Positions 22,801-31,797 of a stretch of 64,000 nucleotides of DNA are shown here, in pieces (position 1 is the first letter of the stretch; every line of letters starts with the position of its first letter). The position numbers and the translations under genes were made by a program. Under the pieces are notes generated by a model, which did no database searches, was not told the origin of the DNA, and saw nothing but the letters and a program-made list of their open reading frames with translations. This DNA is from a virus (lineage: Duplodnaviria > Heunggongvirae > Uroviricota > Caudoviricetes), in the IMG/VR virus record IMGVR_UViG_2740892230_000016. The stretch is one strand, 5' to 3'.

Positions 22801-25800
22801 CGCATTCCGCTACGTGATGACACCGTAGATGAGCATGCACAGGATATGCTTTATGACTTCGTTGCCGCCGGACGCGTAGCCAGCGCAATGGACTCCGACT
22901 CCCACCGCAAAGAGGCCGCGCGTCGCCGGGTATTGTCGGAGTATTCAGATACCGGCACCGAAAAAGCAGAGAAGTATCCGTACTTTGAGGATATGGGCTT
23001 CGATAGTGTGATCGCTGACGAAGGTCACAACTACCGCAATAGCTATAAAAATGGTCGCGAAGCGTCACAACTGGCCTATCTGCCCACCAGCGCGGTGGCG
23101 CAATCGGCGCGAGATATGGCAATTAAAAACGCGTACCTGATGAAAAAGAATGGCGGGCGCGGGCCGGTTCTCCTGACTGCAACGCCAGTCGTTAACACCC
23201 CGATCGATGCATACAACATGCTTTCTCATGTTCTGCCGAAGGAATACTGGCAGAACATGGGGATCTACGGTCCTGATGACTTCGTTAAATTCTTCGGCAA
23301 GACCAGGCTGGAAACGGTACAGAAAATCAGCGGTGAAGTTGAAGAAAAAATGGCGCTGGTGGGCTTTGAAAACCTTGATGCGCTGCGCGGTATATTCCAT
23401 CGCTGGGTAACGCTTAAAACGGCGGAAGACGTTAAGGATACCGTGGAGATCCCGGAGCTGGACGAACACCAGCAGGATGCACCACTTACTGAAGAACAAC
23501 TGGCGGCGTATGAAGAATTGCGTCAGCAGGCGGAAGCGGCGGCCAAAGCCAACAATGGCGTAACGACCTCGGTCAATGAAGACGGCGTGATTGAGCACGA
23601 GAAAGCCCGTCCGATCTTCTCAATAATCAGGGATATGGACCGCGTATGTACTGACATGGACCTGTACTATCGCCGGATCACCTATCGTTTCCTGCCGGAG
23701 TACGCCGATGCGGTGCAGCAGCTGGCGGACAGTTTGCCTAAACAAGCCACCAGCGAATACGACGACAGTGATGATTCAATCACGCAGCAATCGCAATACT
23801 CCCTGATAGATAAGGGCGAGTTTATTCAGTTGCAGGTTCCGGAAGCGTTCGAGCAGGAAGTGAATAAGCGCCTGGCCAGGTTTGGCATTGACGAACAGAC
23901 CGTAACTCACCCCGTTACGCCCAAATACGCGAAGCTGATCGCCACGCTGAAGGAGTTTTTCCCGGAAGGTAAGCAAATCATCTTCACCGATGAAAAAACG
24001 CAGCACCAGAAGCTCAAGCGCATTATCTGCAATGCTCTAAACCTTGAACCTTCAAAGGTGGGGATCCTGAATGCTCAGACGGTTGCCGAGGCAGGTAAAA
24101 CCGGTAAGAAACTGAAAGCGGTTAAACCGCCGAAAGAGCTACCGGATGAACCAACAGATGCACAGATAGCGAAATACAACGAGCAAATGGCTCTGCATGA
24201 CGCCTATATCGCGCAGCAAAATGAAATGTCGTTGGGCGGTCTGGAAAAGATTGCAGCCGACTTCCAGGAGGGCCGGACTCCGATCATCATCTGCAACAAA
24301 AAGGCAGAGGTGGGTATCAACCTGCATCGAGGAACGACGGATATCCACCACCTGACGTTGCCGTGGACACCAGCCAGTATCGCACAACGTAACGGTCGCG
24401 GTGCACGAGTTGGCTCCAACCGTGCAAGCGTTCGCGTTCACTACTACTGCGGCAAGGGGTCTTTCGATGAATACCGACTGAAGACGCTGAAGCGTAAAGC
24501 AGGCTGGATCTCCGATATCCTCCGTTCAGATAAGTCAGAAATGGAGAACGCCGACGCCAATGACATGATCGAAATGCAGATGTATACCGCGAAGGATGAC
24601 GGCGAACGTCTGGCAATGATGCAGGTTCAAATGGATAAGGCGAAAGCTGCGAAACGCGCTCGCCAGAAAGAACAGGCTACTATCGACCTTCAGAACTACA
24701 TCAAGGCGCAGCACGCAGCTGGCGAGGATGTGGAGGTACTTACCGCTGAATTAGAGCGAAGCAAAGCGGAACTTGAAAAGACCACCGCCGAGGTAGCTAA
24801 ATTCAAACAGGCGGCAATGGCCAAGGCAGCGGATAACGCAGACTGGAAGGCCCGCTGGGGGAGTGTCCATCACACAGACCGTATGTTGTTAGCACAGTAT
24901 CGCGCGTCGTTGAAAAGCGCCATTCAGCGCAAGGCTAATATCTCTCAGGCCATCTCACGCTATGAGAAATTATTGAACCGTACTCAGAAGGCCGCGACGG
25001 ATATCAAACGCCTGCGCCCGCTGGTGGAGGATGCAATAAATAAAGGCATTCTGGATATTGATCCTGACCTGGTTAACCATGCGAGTGAGTTCCTTGTTAT
25101 CGGCGATCGCTCATGGCGTGTAGGCCAATACTACGATTGTGCCGGTGATATCGTTCGCATTAAGTCGCTGGACTTCGACAGCCAGCGCGCAGACGTGGAG
25201 ATCATCTTTACCTTCAAAGGCACCAAATCGGGTAACTGGGATGTGAAGACGCTGGATAAACAGGTTGATGTAACTCCCGATGAAGATGCTGTTATGCAGA
25301 AAATCAGTGGTGGCGTCTCCATCGCCGGGATTAACGACATCATTTCCTGTGACGATTTCTACCGTTTCCAGCAGCGCGGCATGATCAAAATCACTGACTC
25401 ATACGGCGTTCAGACTACAGAGTCAGGCTATAGCATTGATTTTGTTGGCACCTATACGGACCCACTGAAGCATGCGGTTTACCCGGATCGCCGTGACGGC
25501 GCGCTGAAGTCGTCAATTGCAAAATGGGTGCTTGGTATGATGTCGGAAGGGAATAACCGCCAGATCCGTTCGGCAGAAACATTCCTGGTTGAATTGTTTG
25601 GCTTCAATTATGGCGATGTAATCGCGTCATACGGAGATACGCTATCCCCTGAAGCAATTCAGGAGAAAATAGCGGATGCGATCACCAGAATGCCGGAAAA
25701 AACAAGCCAGGGGTCTACTCGTAACGGGGATTCTGAACTTGAAGTCACCAATGCCATTTTCGGTACCAATGAGTTCCGGGCGTCAGATTATGAGATCACC

Positions 25801-26631
25801 ACAGCACAGTTTGGCACCATTGGCATTTACAGCAATAAAGACGAGATCAAGCAGGCAATGGACGCAGCAAGCGCGCGCATCGCAGCAGAACGGGAAGCCA
25901 ATCTGAATCATGCAGTCGCCGCGCTGACTCAATCGTGGGTAACAGCAATCAGGGAGGCCGCCACCACAGGGAAAATCACACCTGCAATTGCGGATGTCGT
26001 AAACGACGGCTCTAAATTTATGGATGCCTATAAAATGGATTCGGTGCAGTTGCCATCAGCCTATGGCCAACTCAGCTATCGCATGACCTACAACCTGGTA
26101 TCAATGTTTTCCGACCTTGCCATCCTTGGGCTGGTGGATCTTAACGAGGTTACGCCGGAATTGCTCAGCATGCGCAAGAATCATGTGGAGATATTGCAGA
26201 GAATTAACACGGTTCTTGCCGGGCGCACCGATGAAGAGAAACAGGCCGACGCTGATCGGATAAACCTGGCCCTTGGCAACATCACGGAGGAAGAGATTGC
26301 CGCCAGAAACGAGAAACAAGAAGAGTTATCATCAATACAGGGTGATGCCACCAGCATAGCTCAGTCTCTTGGTCTGAATTATCGCGTATCCACCGCCGAC
26401 CTGAAGATGATGTACGCACCAAAATTCGCCGCTGGCGAGGTATTTGGGCTTCAGGAAGCCTCAGGCATGAAAGGCGTTCTTTTCCGTGCGAAAGACGCAA
26501 TCAAGGCGAAATTCGGCGCTCGCTGGCTGCCAGCGAAGGCGAAGAACAGCGATTTCCCGGGTAACTGGTGGATTATCGAGACAAAACACAACGTGGCGGA
26601 CGTTCTGGCCGTCATCCAACAATACGCATAA
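19864..26631 (+). CDS. darB: DarB antirestriction protein (N6-adenine methyltransferase plus SF2 helicase fusion)
   Basis: 2255 aa, matching the recalled length of P1 DarB; MTase-like motifs EPSAGTGVF and VGNVPFGG; helicase motifs GTGLGKTT, ADEGHNYRN and QRNGRGAR. Confidence 0.85.
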   Translation: MNKLSMGVFRCSSVSEILKYIRAITSHRAPIKYGVEKVEGKSYDRLRREANQKAIDLLNSLVDGATLTDEQRQILAGYTGEGGIGGSVSEYYTPKPIAEGVWEIMKLYGADVGNTLEPSAGTGVFNETKPVGTVMTATEISSVSGRINQLLHPEDSVQISPFEQLAVSTPNDSFDHVVGNVPFGGRDNTRNIDKPYAEETDMGSYFMLRMLDKIKPGGFMCVIVPPSIVSGSNMKRLRLRLSRKAEFLGAHRLPTGTFDANGTSTVVDVVLMRKHPAEMAEKIPLVDESTLESANVLWPTFISGKWFEKDGRRFVHGTQEKGFQGRIEVRADGQIDNQALKAKLIHRFESRIDWSLLDMAEPSPTADVVDEGEMRLINGVWQKYAGGRWIEADAGKELKIDAASYGADSWEALQRNLTTTEGRLGMTFTQMANVRDKYTTSISDDMVQLVDWINSQPEKYRERLYRGAMIGRMLIEYQDMKAAGHSAEQIEQQRLSLVSRLQAEIDRFGNPGRGPIAKLSGSGARAWFAFRGAIKLDGTISDELAGKLVTHDSSASYDSTSYQDTLRYLYSDLTRDPIQLDDFRLAFTGELPASDEELLNLLASTPGIAVSPYGGIVPFARATSGDINEIVAPKQEFLATLPDGPVKNNVLNQLAAIEEKRIKTPAENIRFKLNSRWFDRSVILEFLQENGYPDLRYVQSVQLEGDEMVSDTYHGGDGLFVGHRYGVVQRKDKETGEIRYEWDRKSGENATGFPAQLEKYLNGARIGGKDSATANGYREQMALLEDQFNKWIKTHDRYDELVAKYNDVFNSNIPYEHSGDPLGLKGLSGKRQPFDYQNSEVRRLSEDGRGILGFGTGLGKTTTALALEAFNYENGRSTRTAYVVPKSVLENWYYEAKEFLSEEAFSNYLFVGLDVLMDGDQIRQVPVLDENGKPVLGTDGTPVMRDALKLADEATITARMNAIPHSNYRAVVFTKEQYARIPLRDDTVDEHAQDMLYDFVAAGRVASAMDSDSHRKEAARRRVLSEYSDTGTEKAEKYPYFEDMGFDSVIADEGHNYRNSYKNGREASQLAYLPTSAVAQSARDMAIKNAYLMKKNGGRGPVLLTATPVVNTPIDAYNMLSHVLPKEYWQNMGIYGPDDFVKFFGKTRLETVQKISGEVEEKMALVGFENLDALRGIFHRWVTLKTAEDVKDTVEIPELDEHQQDAPLTEEQLAAYEELRQQAEAAAKANNGVTTSVNEDGVIEHEKARPIFSIIRDMDRVCTDMDLYYRRITYRFLPEYADAVQQLADSLPKQATSEYDDSDDSITQQSQYSLIDKGEFIQLQVPEAFEQEVNKRLARFGIDEQTVTHPVTPKYAKLIATLKEFFPEGKQIIFTDEKTQHQKLKRIICNALNLEPSKVGILNAQTVAEAGKTGKKLKAVKPPKELPDEPTDAQIAKYNEQMALHDAYIAQQNEMSLGGLEKIAADFQEGRTPIIICNKKAEVGINLHRGTTDIHHLTLPWTPASIAQRNGRGARVGSNRASVRVHYYCGKGSFDEYRLKTLKRKAGWISDILRSDKSEMENADANDMIEMQMYTAKDDGERLAMMQVQMDKAKAAKRARQKEQATIDLQNYIKAQHAAGEDVEVLTAELERSKAELEKTTAEVAKFKQAAMAKAADNADWKARWGSVHHTDRMLLAQYRASLKSAIQRKANISQAISRYEKLLNRTQKAATDIKRLRPLVEDAINKGILDIDPDLVNHASEFLVIGDRSWRVGQYYDCAGDIVRIKSLDFDSQRADVEIIFTFKGTKSGNWDVKTLDKQVDVTPDEDAVMQKISGGVSIAGINDIISCDDFYRFQQRGMIKITDSYGVQTTESGYSIDFVGTYTDPLKHAVYPDRRDGALKSSIAKWVLGMMSEGNNRQIRSAETFLVELFGFNYGDVIASYGDTLSPEAIQEKIADAITRMPEKTSQGSTRNGDSELEVTNAIFGTNEFRASDYEITTAQFGTIGIYSNKDEIKQAMDAASARIAAEREANLNHAVAALTQSWVTAIREAATTGKITPAIADVVNDGSKFMDAYKMDSVQLPSAYGQLSYRMTYNLVSMFSDLAILGLVDLNEVTPELLSMRKNHVEILQRINTVLAGRTDEEKQADADRINLALGNITEEEIAARNEKQEELSSIQGDATSIAQSLGLNYRVSTADLKMMYAPKFAAGEVFGLQEASGMKGVLFRAKDAIKAKFGARWLPAKAKNSDFPGNWWIIETKHNVADVLAVIQQYA

Positions 26632-26664
26632 CAGGAGCGCCCGGTTCGCCGGGCGTCGCATAAT

Positions 26665-27105
26665 ATGGCCACACTATCTGATACAATAAAACCGAATAAA
26701 ACATATCTTGAGGCGGTACTGCGTACGGCGTTGTTAGGAAAGACAGAAGACGAATACGTTGATTTCTTCCTGTCAGGGCTACGCGGGCGATTACTGAAAA
26801 ATCCCCGCCTGTACCGCAGCTATGGTCCATACTGGCCGGAAATTAAAAAATTATTACTGGAGCGCGGTTATGGTAATTTCGGTCGTCTCGTTGACCGTGA
26901 CGTTCGCAAAATTTACCGTTATGACCGCCCGGCGCTGACGCTCATAGCTGCGACGCTCTACAGCCAGGAGCGTTTTGATAATGGTCAGATATACTCAGCC
27001 TGGCATTTACTGCCAGTGCCTGAAGAGGTTGACGACCAGGACTATGAGTTTGAGTCTTACGATTTGGAAGTTGAAGCCTTAGCACAGGCTGGAGAGAAAA
27101 CTTGA
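26665..27105 (+). CDS. ulx: Ulx-like protein
   Basis: 146 aa between darB and the 82-aa gene; synteny only. Confidence 0.45.
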   Translation: MATLSDTIKPNKTYLEAVLRTALLGKTEDEYVDFFLSGLRGRLLKNPRLYRSYGPYWPEIKKLLLERGYGNFGRLVDRDVRKIYRYDRPALTLIAATLYSQERFDNGQIYSAWHLLPVPEEVDDQDYEFESYDLEVEALAQAGEKT

Positions 27106-27350
27106 AAAAGCGATACTACACAGTAAAGCATGGGACGCTACGAGCATTACAAGAGTTTGCTGATAAGCATAACGTTGAGGTGCGCAGGGAAGGGGGAAGT
27201 AAAGCTCTGCGCATGTACCGTCCGGACGGAAAATGGCGGACGGTCGTCGATTTCAAAACTAACAGCGTTCCCCAGGGCGTCCGCGACCGGGCATTCGAAG
27301 AATGGGAGCAAATCATCATAGATAATGCATTGCTCCTGAATGCGGATTGA
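27102..27350 (+). CDS. lxc: Lxc/Bof-like C1 co-repressor
   Basis: 82 aa, matching the recalled size of P1 Lxc (Bof); overlaps the ulx stop. Confidence 0.45.
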   Translation: MKKRYYTVKHGTLRALQEFADKHNVEVRREGGSKALRMYRPDGKWRTVVDFKTNSVPQGVRDRAFEEWEQIIIDNALLLNAD

Positions 27351-27401
27351 TTTATATATCGGGCAGTTGTAGCTGCCCGTTAAATGTTTGCAGCGTTTCA
27401 A

Positions 27402-28709
27402 TTACACTATATTTTTCACTATAGAATTGGCGTCATCCAGTACGCCAAGTTCCTCGATGTGTTTTTTTATAATTAATCGATTTGAAGCAATGATTGTAGA
27501 CCATCGCGTTTCCCAAGCTCTATAAGCATGCCACGAATAACCTAACCGTCTTTCTTTGCTCATATTGGACATTGAGTATTCGACTGCTTCTAAATATGCC
27601 TTTTCATATTTAGTGCCAGCAATTTCTATGATACTTCCAAAATATATAAGCCATTTTGCAAGTTGTTCATATTGCTCCCAAGCGCCGCTCTCTCTTGTTA
27701 AATTTCTTTTTTGTTCTATTATCCTCTTAAAAAATTCAACAACTCTGCTGTCACTCCAATCCAAACCTTCAGATATAATTGAAGAAATTATCTGATAAAA
27801 TGAGTCTTCTAATCTAATATATTCATTCTTATATGTATGAGAACCTACAATAACTTTTCTAATGTTTTCACGAGCTCTCTCCATTATATCTTCTATGAGC
27901 AGTATCTTACTGCTCAGTCGATGAAAGAAATCATCTATTTCCGTATTATCAATTACCCTTATTCCAAAACAATAAAAGTAATAGTCCTTCATGTCTTGAC
28001 TTACTTCGCCATGAGATATGAAGAATATATTAGAGCACAGTGCATTATCTTTAGAAAATGTCTTATAACTATTTATAATTGCCTTAAGGTTTGTATCACT
28101 TAAAGAATATCCTAATATCACAACTGTATTTTCATGTAGTATCGTACTAAGTTTTTGTGAAAAATAGGTGTCAGAGTTTATAAACCTGAAGTAGTCTTCT
28201 GAAGTAACAACCATGTTTTTTGGTGAATCAATAGAACCATGGACATGATATATTTTAACTTTAGATGAGTATTTAGGAATAGGTAAGCCCGGGGTAATAG
28301 ACTGTACTTCCTCATCTCCAGTTAAGCATTCAGCTAACTTGTCATAATTTGTTGTAATGACACGGAATGAATTTTTTTGAAAAAAATCTTTTATATTTGA
28401 TATATCTTCTCCAAGTTGAATTGGAGATATGATCTCAACAATTTCATCATAAATCGACTTACCCTCAATATTGAGCTTCAAAGATAGTATTTGTGCGGCT
28501 TCTTCAAGGCTCAATGCTGGTGGTTTATCATCAGGGAATAACGTGTCTTCCAACTGTTTGGCGTTGTGAACTTTGCTGCAAACTTTTTTTAATAGTTCTT
28601 TCCACGTTGGAGCTTCGCCGTTCGAGACTGCCTTTGAAAAGCCAGTCCCGGTAAATAGACAAAGCCTGCTTGTAGCGGCAGCGTATGCTAACTCAACATA
28701 TTCGCTCAT
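27402..28709 (-). CDS. SIR2-like (sirtuin/DHS-like NAD-binding) protein with an alpha-helical C-terminal domain; candidate NADase defence effector
   Basis: 435 aa; SIR2 motifs at ThsA-like spacing: LFTGTGFS (about residue 18), VITTNYDKLAE (about 119), YHVHGSID (about 157), VVILGYSLSDTNL; region is visibly AT-rich against the flanking backbone; occupies the res/mod position of P1. Confidence 0.6.
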   Translation of the reverse strand: MSEYVELAYAAATSRLCLFTGTGFSKAVSNGEAPTWKELLKKVCSKVHNAKQLEDTLFPDDKPPALSLEEAAQILSLKLNIEGKSIYDEIVEIISPIQLGEDISNIKDFFQKNSFRVITTNYDKLAECLTGDEEVQSITPGLPIPKYSSKVKIYHVHGSIDSPKNMVVTSEDYFRFINSDTYFSQKLSTILHENTVVILGYSLSDTNLKAIINSYKTFSKDNALCSNIFFISHGEVSQDMKDYYFYCFGIRVIDNTEIDDFFHRLSSKILLIEDIMERARENIRKVIVGSHTYKNEYIRLEDSFYQIISSIISEGLDWSDSRVVEFFKRIIEQKRNLTRESGAWEQYEQLAKWLIYFGSIIEIAGTKYEKAYLEAVEYSMSNMSKERRLGYSWHAYRAWETRWSTIIASNRLIIKKHIEELGVLDDANSIVKNIV

Positions 28710-28765
28710 TACTTACTCCATTTACTTATAGTTCTATGGAGAAGTATACCCTAATGCATTGACGT

Positions 28766-29434
28766 TTATAGATAATTTCCTTTTCCTGTTAATTCCCCTT
28801 TCGGCACCCGTTTTTGTGCCAGCGTTTGGGTTCCGCGAATTATGTTAATCAGAGGGCTTAGTAACGATGGTTCTTGGCGTGCCTCAACTTCTCCAGCCAT
28901 TGCCCTGATGTAGTCTGCGCTGGCAACGTTGTTGTATTCCGTCGCAAAGCAACATAGTAACGTCAGAACATGCTCTGTCGTTATTTCGCTCCAGTTGATG
29001 TTGAAAAATTCATCGCCTTTTTTATCGTGTTCGGAATCAAAGATGCTTTGGTGGAGGATGTATTTGCCGGATTCTTTGCGCGGTAACTTGATCGCTTTCT
29101 GGCGTTCCAGCTCCTTGTAAATCTGCATTGCTTCAATTAGTACCGGCCTGCTGTTCATGAAGGGATCGCGCAACCTTACACGCTGGCCAACTCTACCGGT
29201 AATAAAGCTGTTTTCCTCTTCCACCAGCACGATAAAACCTTTTTCCTCTTTCTCACGCAATTCGCGCAGCAACTGGAGTTCCATATCGCGGCGGCGTTCA
29301 GGGTAGCTGGTCCGCTCAGCCATTATCAGCTCGTTGTTGATCCATGCAGCAGTCATTGACGCCGGTTTGCCGACGCTCATCGAAACAACGCATATTTTCT
29401 TATCCATAGCGCCCCTACAAAAAAGAAAAGCCAC
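28766..29434 (-). CDS. Hypothetical protein in the P1 mat position
   Basis: 222-aa ORF (possible true start MDKKICVV) between ref and the SIR2-like gene; ordinary GC; no recognisable motif. Confidence 0.4.
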   Translation of the reverse strand: MAFLFCRGAMDKKICVVSMSVGKPASMTAAWINNELIMAERTSYPERRRDMELQLLRELREKEEKGFIVLVEEENSFITGRVGQRVRLRDPFMNSRPVLIEAMQIYKELERQKAIKLPRKESGKYILHQSIFDSEHDKKGDEFFNINWSEITTEHVLTLLCCFATEYNNVASADYIRAMAGEVEARQEPSLLSPLINIIRGTQTLAQKRVPKGELTGKGNYL

Positions 29435-29595
29435 CAGCGGCGGCTTAGCAATACAACTGAAGGTAGCGCCCGGTACTCAGACTGTGCCGTCCATGGAATA
29501 TTTGAAAAGGGATCCATCCGTACCGGGCATGTGATGATTCTGACTGAAGTCACTTGTCAGTTGTCAATTATTTCAGATTAAAAATAATATATTTA

Positions 29596-30156
29596 TTAGT
29601 GCATGATGTTTGCCATCTCATAGGCGTCAGCCAGCAACTCCATCTCTGACTTGTTCAGCAAGGTGAATTCTTTCTTGCCTCCAACCACACCATCGGCATG
29701 AACAGGGACCAGCCAGGGGTATTTTTCTCTTACTTCAGCCGGTGCTGCATGCTGGTGGTGCCATCTACAAAGGGGCAATTGCTTTTTGTGACAACCCGGC
29801 GCGGTACGACCGGAGATATGGTGCAGAGATACCTCTTCAGATATTACTCCATGCATGTAGCAGGCAATGCAAGGGAGAGCGCCAAGAGCATTGGCGATGC
29901 TCTGTTCCTCCGCTGTCGGTGTTCGCCCCTTCAAGCCACGAGATTTTATCTTTACCGCACTTTTCCGCGTTTTGCTGGCTGGTGGGCGCTCTTTCTGTTT
30001 AGCGATACGGCGGTCGATAGAATCCCGCATTTTCTGATATTGCGATTCTCGCCAGGCGGGGTCAGCCAACTTTTCCCGTTGCCGAGCGATCGCTCGTTCT
30101 CTGGCTGCCTTCTGCCACTCGCGGCGCTGTTCAAGTTTTTGTTCGATTGTTTTCAT
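29596..30156 (-). CDS. ref: Ref recombination enhancement function (HNH endonuclease)
   Basis: 186 aa; basic N-terminus; Cys/His HNH-type motif CIACYMHG...LHHI...CHKK...CRWHHQ. Confidence 0.75.
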   Translation of the reverse strand: MKTIEQKLEQRREWQKAARERAIARQREKLADPAWRESQYQKMRDSIDRRIAKQKERPPASKTRKSAVKIKSRGLKGRTPTAEEQSIANALGALPCIACYMHGVISEEVSLHHISGRTAPGCHKKQLPLCRWHHQHAAPAEVREKYPWLVPVHADGVVGGKKEFTLLNKSEMELLADAYEMANIMH

Positions 30157-30161
30157 ATGGC

Positions 30162-30188
30162 AAAAAAAAAGGCGGCCTAATGGCCGCC
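30162..30188 (-). terminator. Terminator-like hairpin abutting the ref start
   Basis: On the minus strand: GGCGGCC-atta-GGCCGCC followed by nine T, ending 5 nt before the ref ATG. Confidence 0.45.
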
Positions 30189-30255
30189 AATGATGTCAAG
30201 GAGTTAAGTAATGGCAACGTCTTCGTAGTTGACAAAAACTGCGGCTTAATTATAG

Positions 30256-30272
30256 CAATCAATTAGAGCAAT
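30256..30272. promoter_or_regulatory. C1 operator-like site
   Basis: Contains AATTAGAGCAAT (reverse complement of the ATTGCTCTAATT core) upstream of ref. Confidence 0.5.
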
Positions 30273-30403
30273 GGTAGATATTTTGTTAATCGCGAATCAC
30301 ATTTTTTCACTTCAGTACCTGTGTGCTATACTCCTTCTTGATTGATTGGATGCGGAATACAAACCCGCTCTTTTGTGCAGCCTGGCTCCTTGCCAGGCTT
30401 TTT

Positions 30404-30715
30404 TTATTTCATCATGGAAGCTGTTAACGCTTTGGATCTTGCTGAACTGATTGAAAGGGCATTGTTTACCTTACCCAGGAGTTCGCCAAATTCCACCATC
30501 ACTCTAGTAAGCCCGCGCCGCGCTTCCTCCTCCGTTGCATTCATCACAAAATGTTCAGCACTCCGCATGCTTTTAACGGGGAACGCAACAGATATCGAGT
30601 CGATATCAGGCATCCTATCGCTCAACTTTACGGTGACAATGACAGATGGTGACTGAATTTGAGAGCTTACAGACAGCACCACATATTTTCCGTCTATTTT
30701 GAAATCCTTCCGCAT
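30404..30715 (-). CDS. Small hypothetical protein between cre and ref (cra/hxr position)
   Basis: 103-aa ORF co-oriented with cre and ref; overlaps an antisense ORF of similar length, so the call is weak. Confidence 0.3.
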   Translation of the reverse strand: MRKDFKIDGKYVVLSVSSQIQSPSVIVTVKLSDRMPDIDSISVAFPVKSMRSAEHFVMNATEEEARRGLTRVMVEFGELLGKVNNALSISSARSKALTASMMK

Positions 30716-30732
30716 GTGTCACCATAAATATC

Positions 30733-30748
30733 AAATAATTAGAGCAAT
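30733..30748. promoter_or_regulatory. C1 operator-like site
   Basis: AAATAATTAGAGCAAT matches the reverse complement of the operator consensus; just downstream of the cre stop. Confidence 0.5.
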
Positions 30749-30765
30749 CAAGCGCAAATGAACGG

Positions 30766-31797
30766 CTAATCGCCATCTTCCAGCAGGCGTACCATTGCCC
30801 CCGTTTCACTATCCAGGTTACGGATATAGTTCATGACAATATTTACGTTGGTCCAGCCACCAGCTTGCATGATCTCCGGTATTGAAACTCCGGCGCGGGC
30901 CATATCTCGCGCGGCTCCGACACGGGCACTGTGTCCAGACCAGGCCAGGTATCTCTGACCAGAGTCATCCTTAGCGCCGTAAATCAATCGATGAGTTGCT
31001 TCAAAAATCCCTTCCAGGGCGCGAGTTGATAGCTGGCTGGTGGCAGATGGCGCGGCAACACCATTTTTTCTGACACGGCAAAACAAGTAGTTATTCGGAT
31101 CATCAGCCACACCAGAGACAGAAATCCATCGCTCGACCAGTTTAGTTACCCCTAGGCTAAGTGCCTTCTCTACACCTGCGGTGCTAACCAGCGTTTTCGT
31201 TCTGCCAATATGGATTAACATTCTCCCACCGTCAGTACGTGAGATATCTTTAACCCTGATCCTGGCAATTTCGGCTATACGTAACAGGGTGTTATAAGCA
31301 ATCCCCAGAAATGCCAGATTACGTATATCCTGGCAGCGATCGCTATTTTCCATGAGTGAACGAACCTGGTCGAAATCAGTGCGTTCGAACGCCAGTGCCT
31401 GTTTTGCACGTTCACCGGCATCAACGTTTTCTTTTCGGATCCGTCGCATGACCAGTGAAACAGCATTACTGTCACTTGGTCGTGGCAGCCCGGACCGACG
31501 ATGAAGCATGTTTAGCTGGCCCAAATGTTGCTGGATAGTTTTTACTGCCAGACCGCGCGCCTGAAGATATAGAAGATAATCGCGAACATCTTCAGGTTCT
31601 GCGGGAAACCATTTCCGGTTATTCAACTTGCACCATGCCGCCCACGACCGGCAAACGGACAGAAGCATTTTCCAGGTATGCTCAGAAAACGCCTGGCGAT
31701 CCCTGAACATGTCCATCAGGTTCTTGCGAACCTCATCACTCGTTGCATCGACCGGTAATGCAGGCAAATTTTGGTGTACGGTCAGTAAATTGGACAT
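30766..31797 (-). CDS. cre: Cre tyrosine recombinase
   Basis: 343 aa beginning MSNLLTVHQNLPALPVDATSDEVRKNLMDMFRDRQAFSEH and ending MVRLLEDGD, matching canonical P1 Cre as recalled; adjacent loxP. Confidence 0.97.
   Translation of the reverse strand: MSNLLTVHQNLPALPVDATSDEVRKNLMDMFRDRQAFSEHTWKMLLSVCRSWAAWCKLNNRKWFPAEPEDVRDYLLYLQARGLAVKTIQQHLGQLNMLHRRSGLPRPSDSNAVSLVMRRIRKENVDAGERAKQALAFERTDFDQVRSLMENSDRCQDIRNLAFLGIAYNTLLRIAEIARIRVKDISRTDGGRMLIHIGRTKTLVSTAGVEKALSLGVTKLVERWISVSGVADDPNNYLFCRVRKNGVAAPSATSQLSTRALEGIFEATHRLIYGAKDDSGQRYLAWSGHSARVGAARDMARAGVSIPEIMQAGGWTNVNIVMNYIRNLDSETGAMVRLLEDGD

Noticed and set aside
20184-26672. Numerous 60-180 aa antisense and out-of-frame ORFs within darB
   Set aside because: They are fully embedded in a 6.8-kb gene with clear domain motifs; Arg/Ser/Pro-rich translations are typical of wrong-frame reads.
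28766-29434. The 222-aa upstream gene as a TIR-like partner of the SIR2-like gene (a Thoeris-like pair)
   Set aside because: No TIR-like motifs seen, ordinary GC unlike the SIR2 island, and it occupies the expected position of the P1 mat backbone gene.
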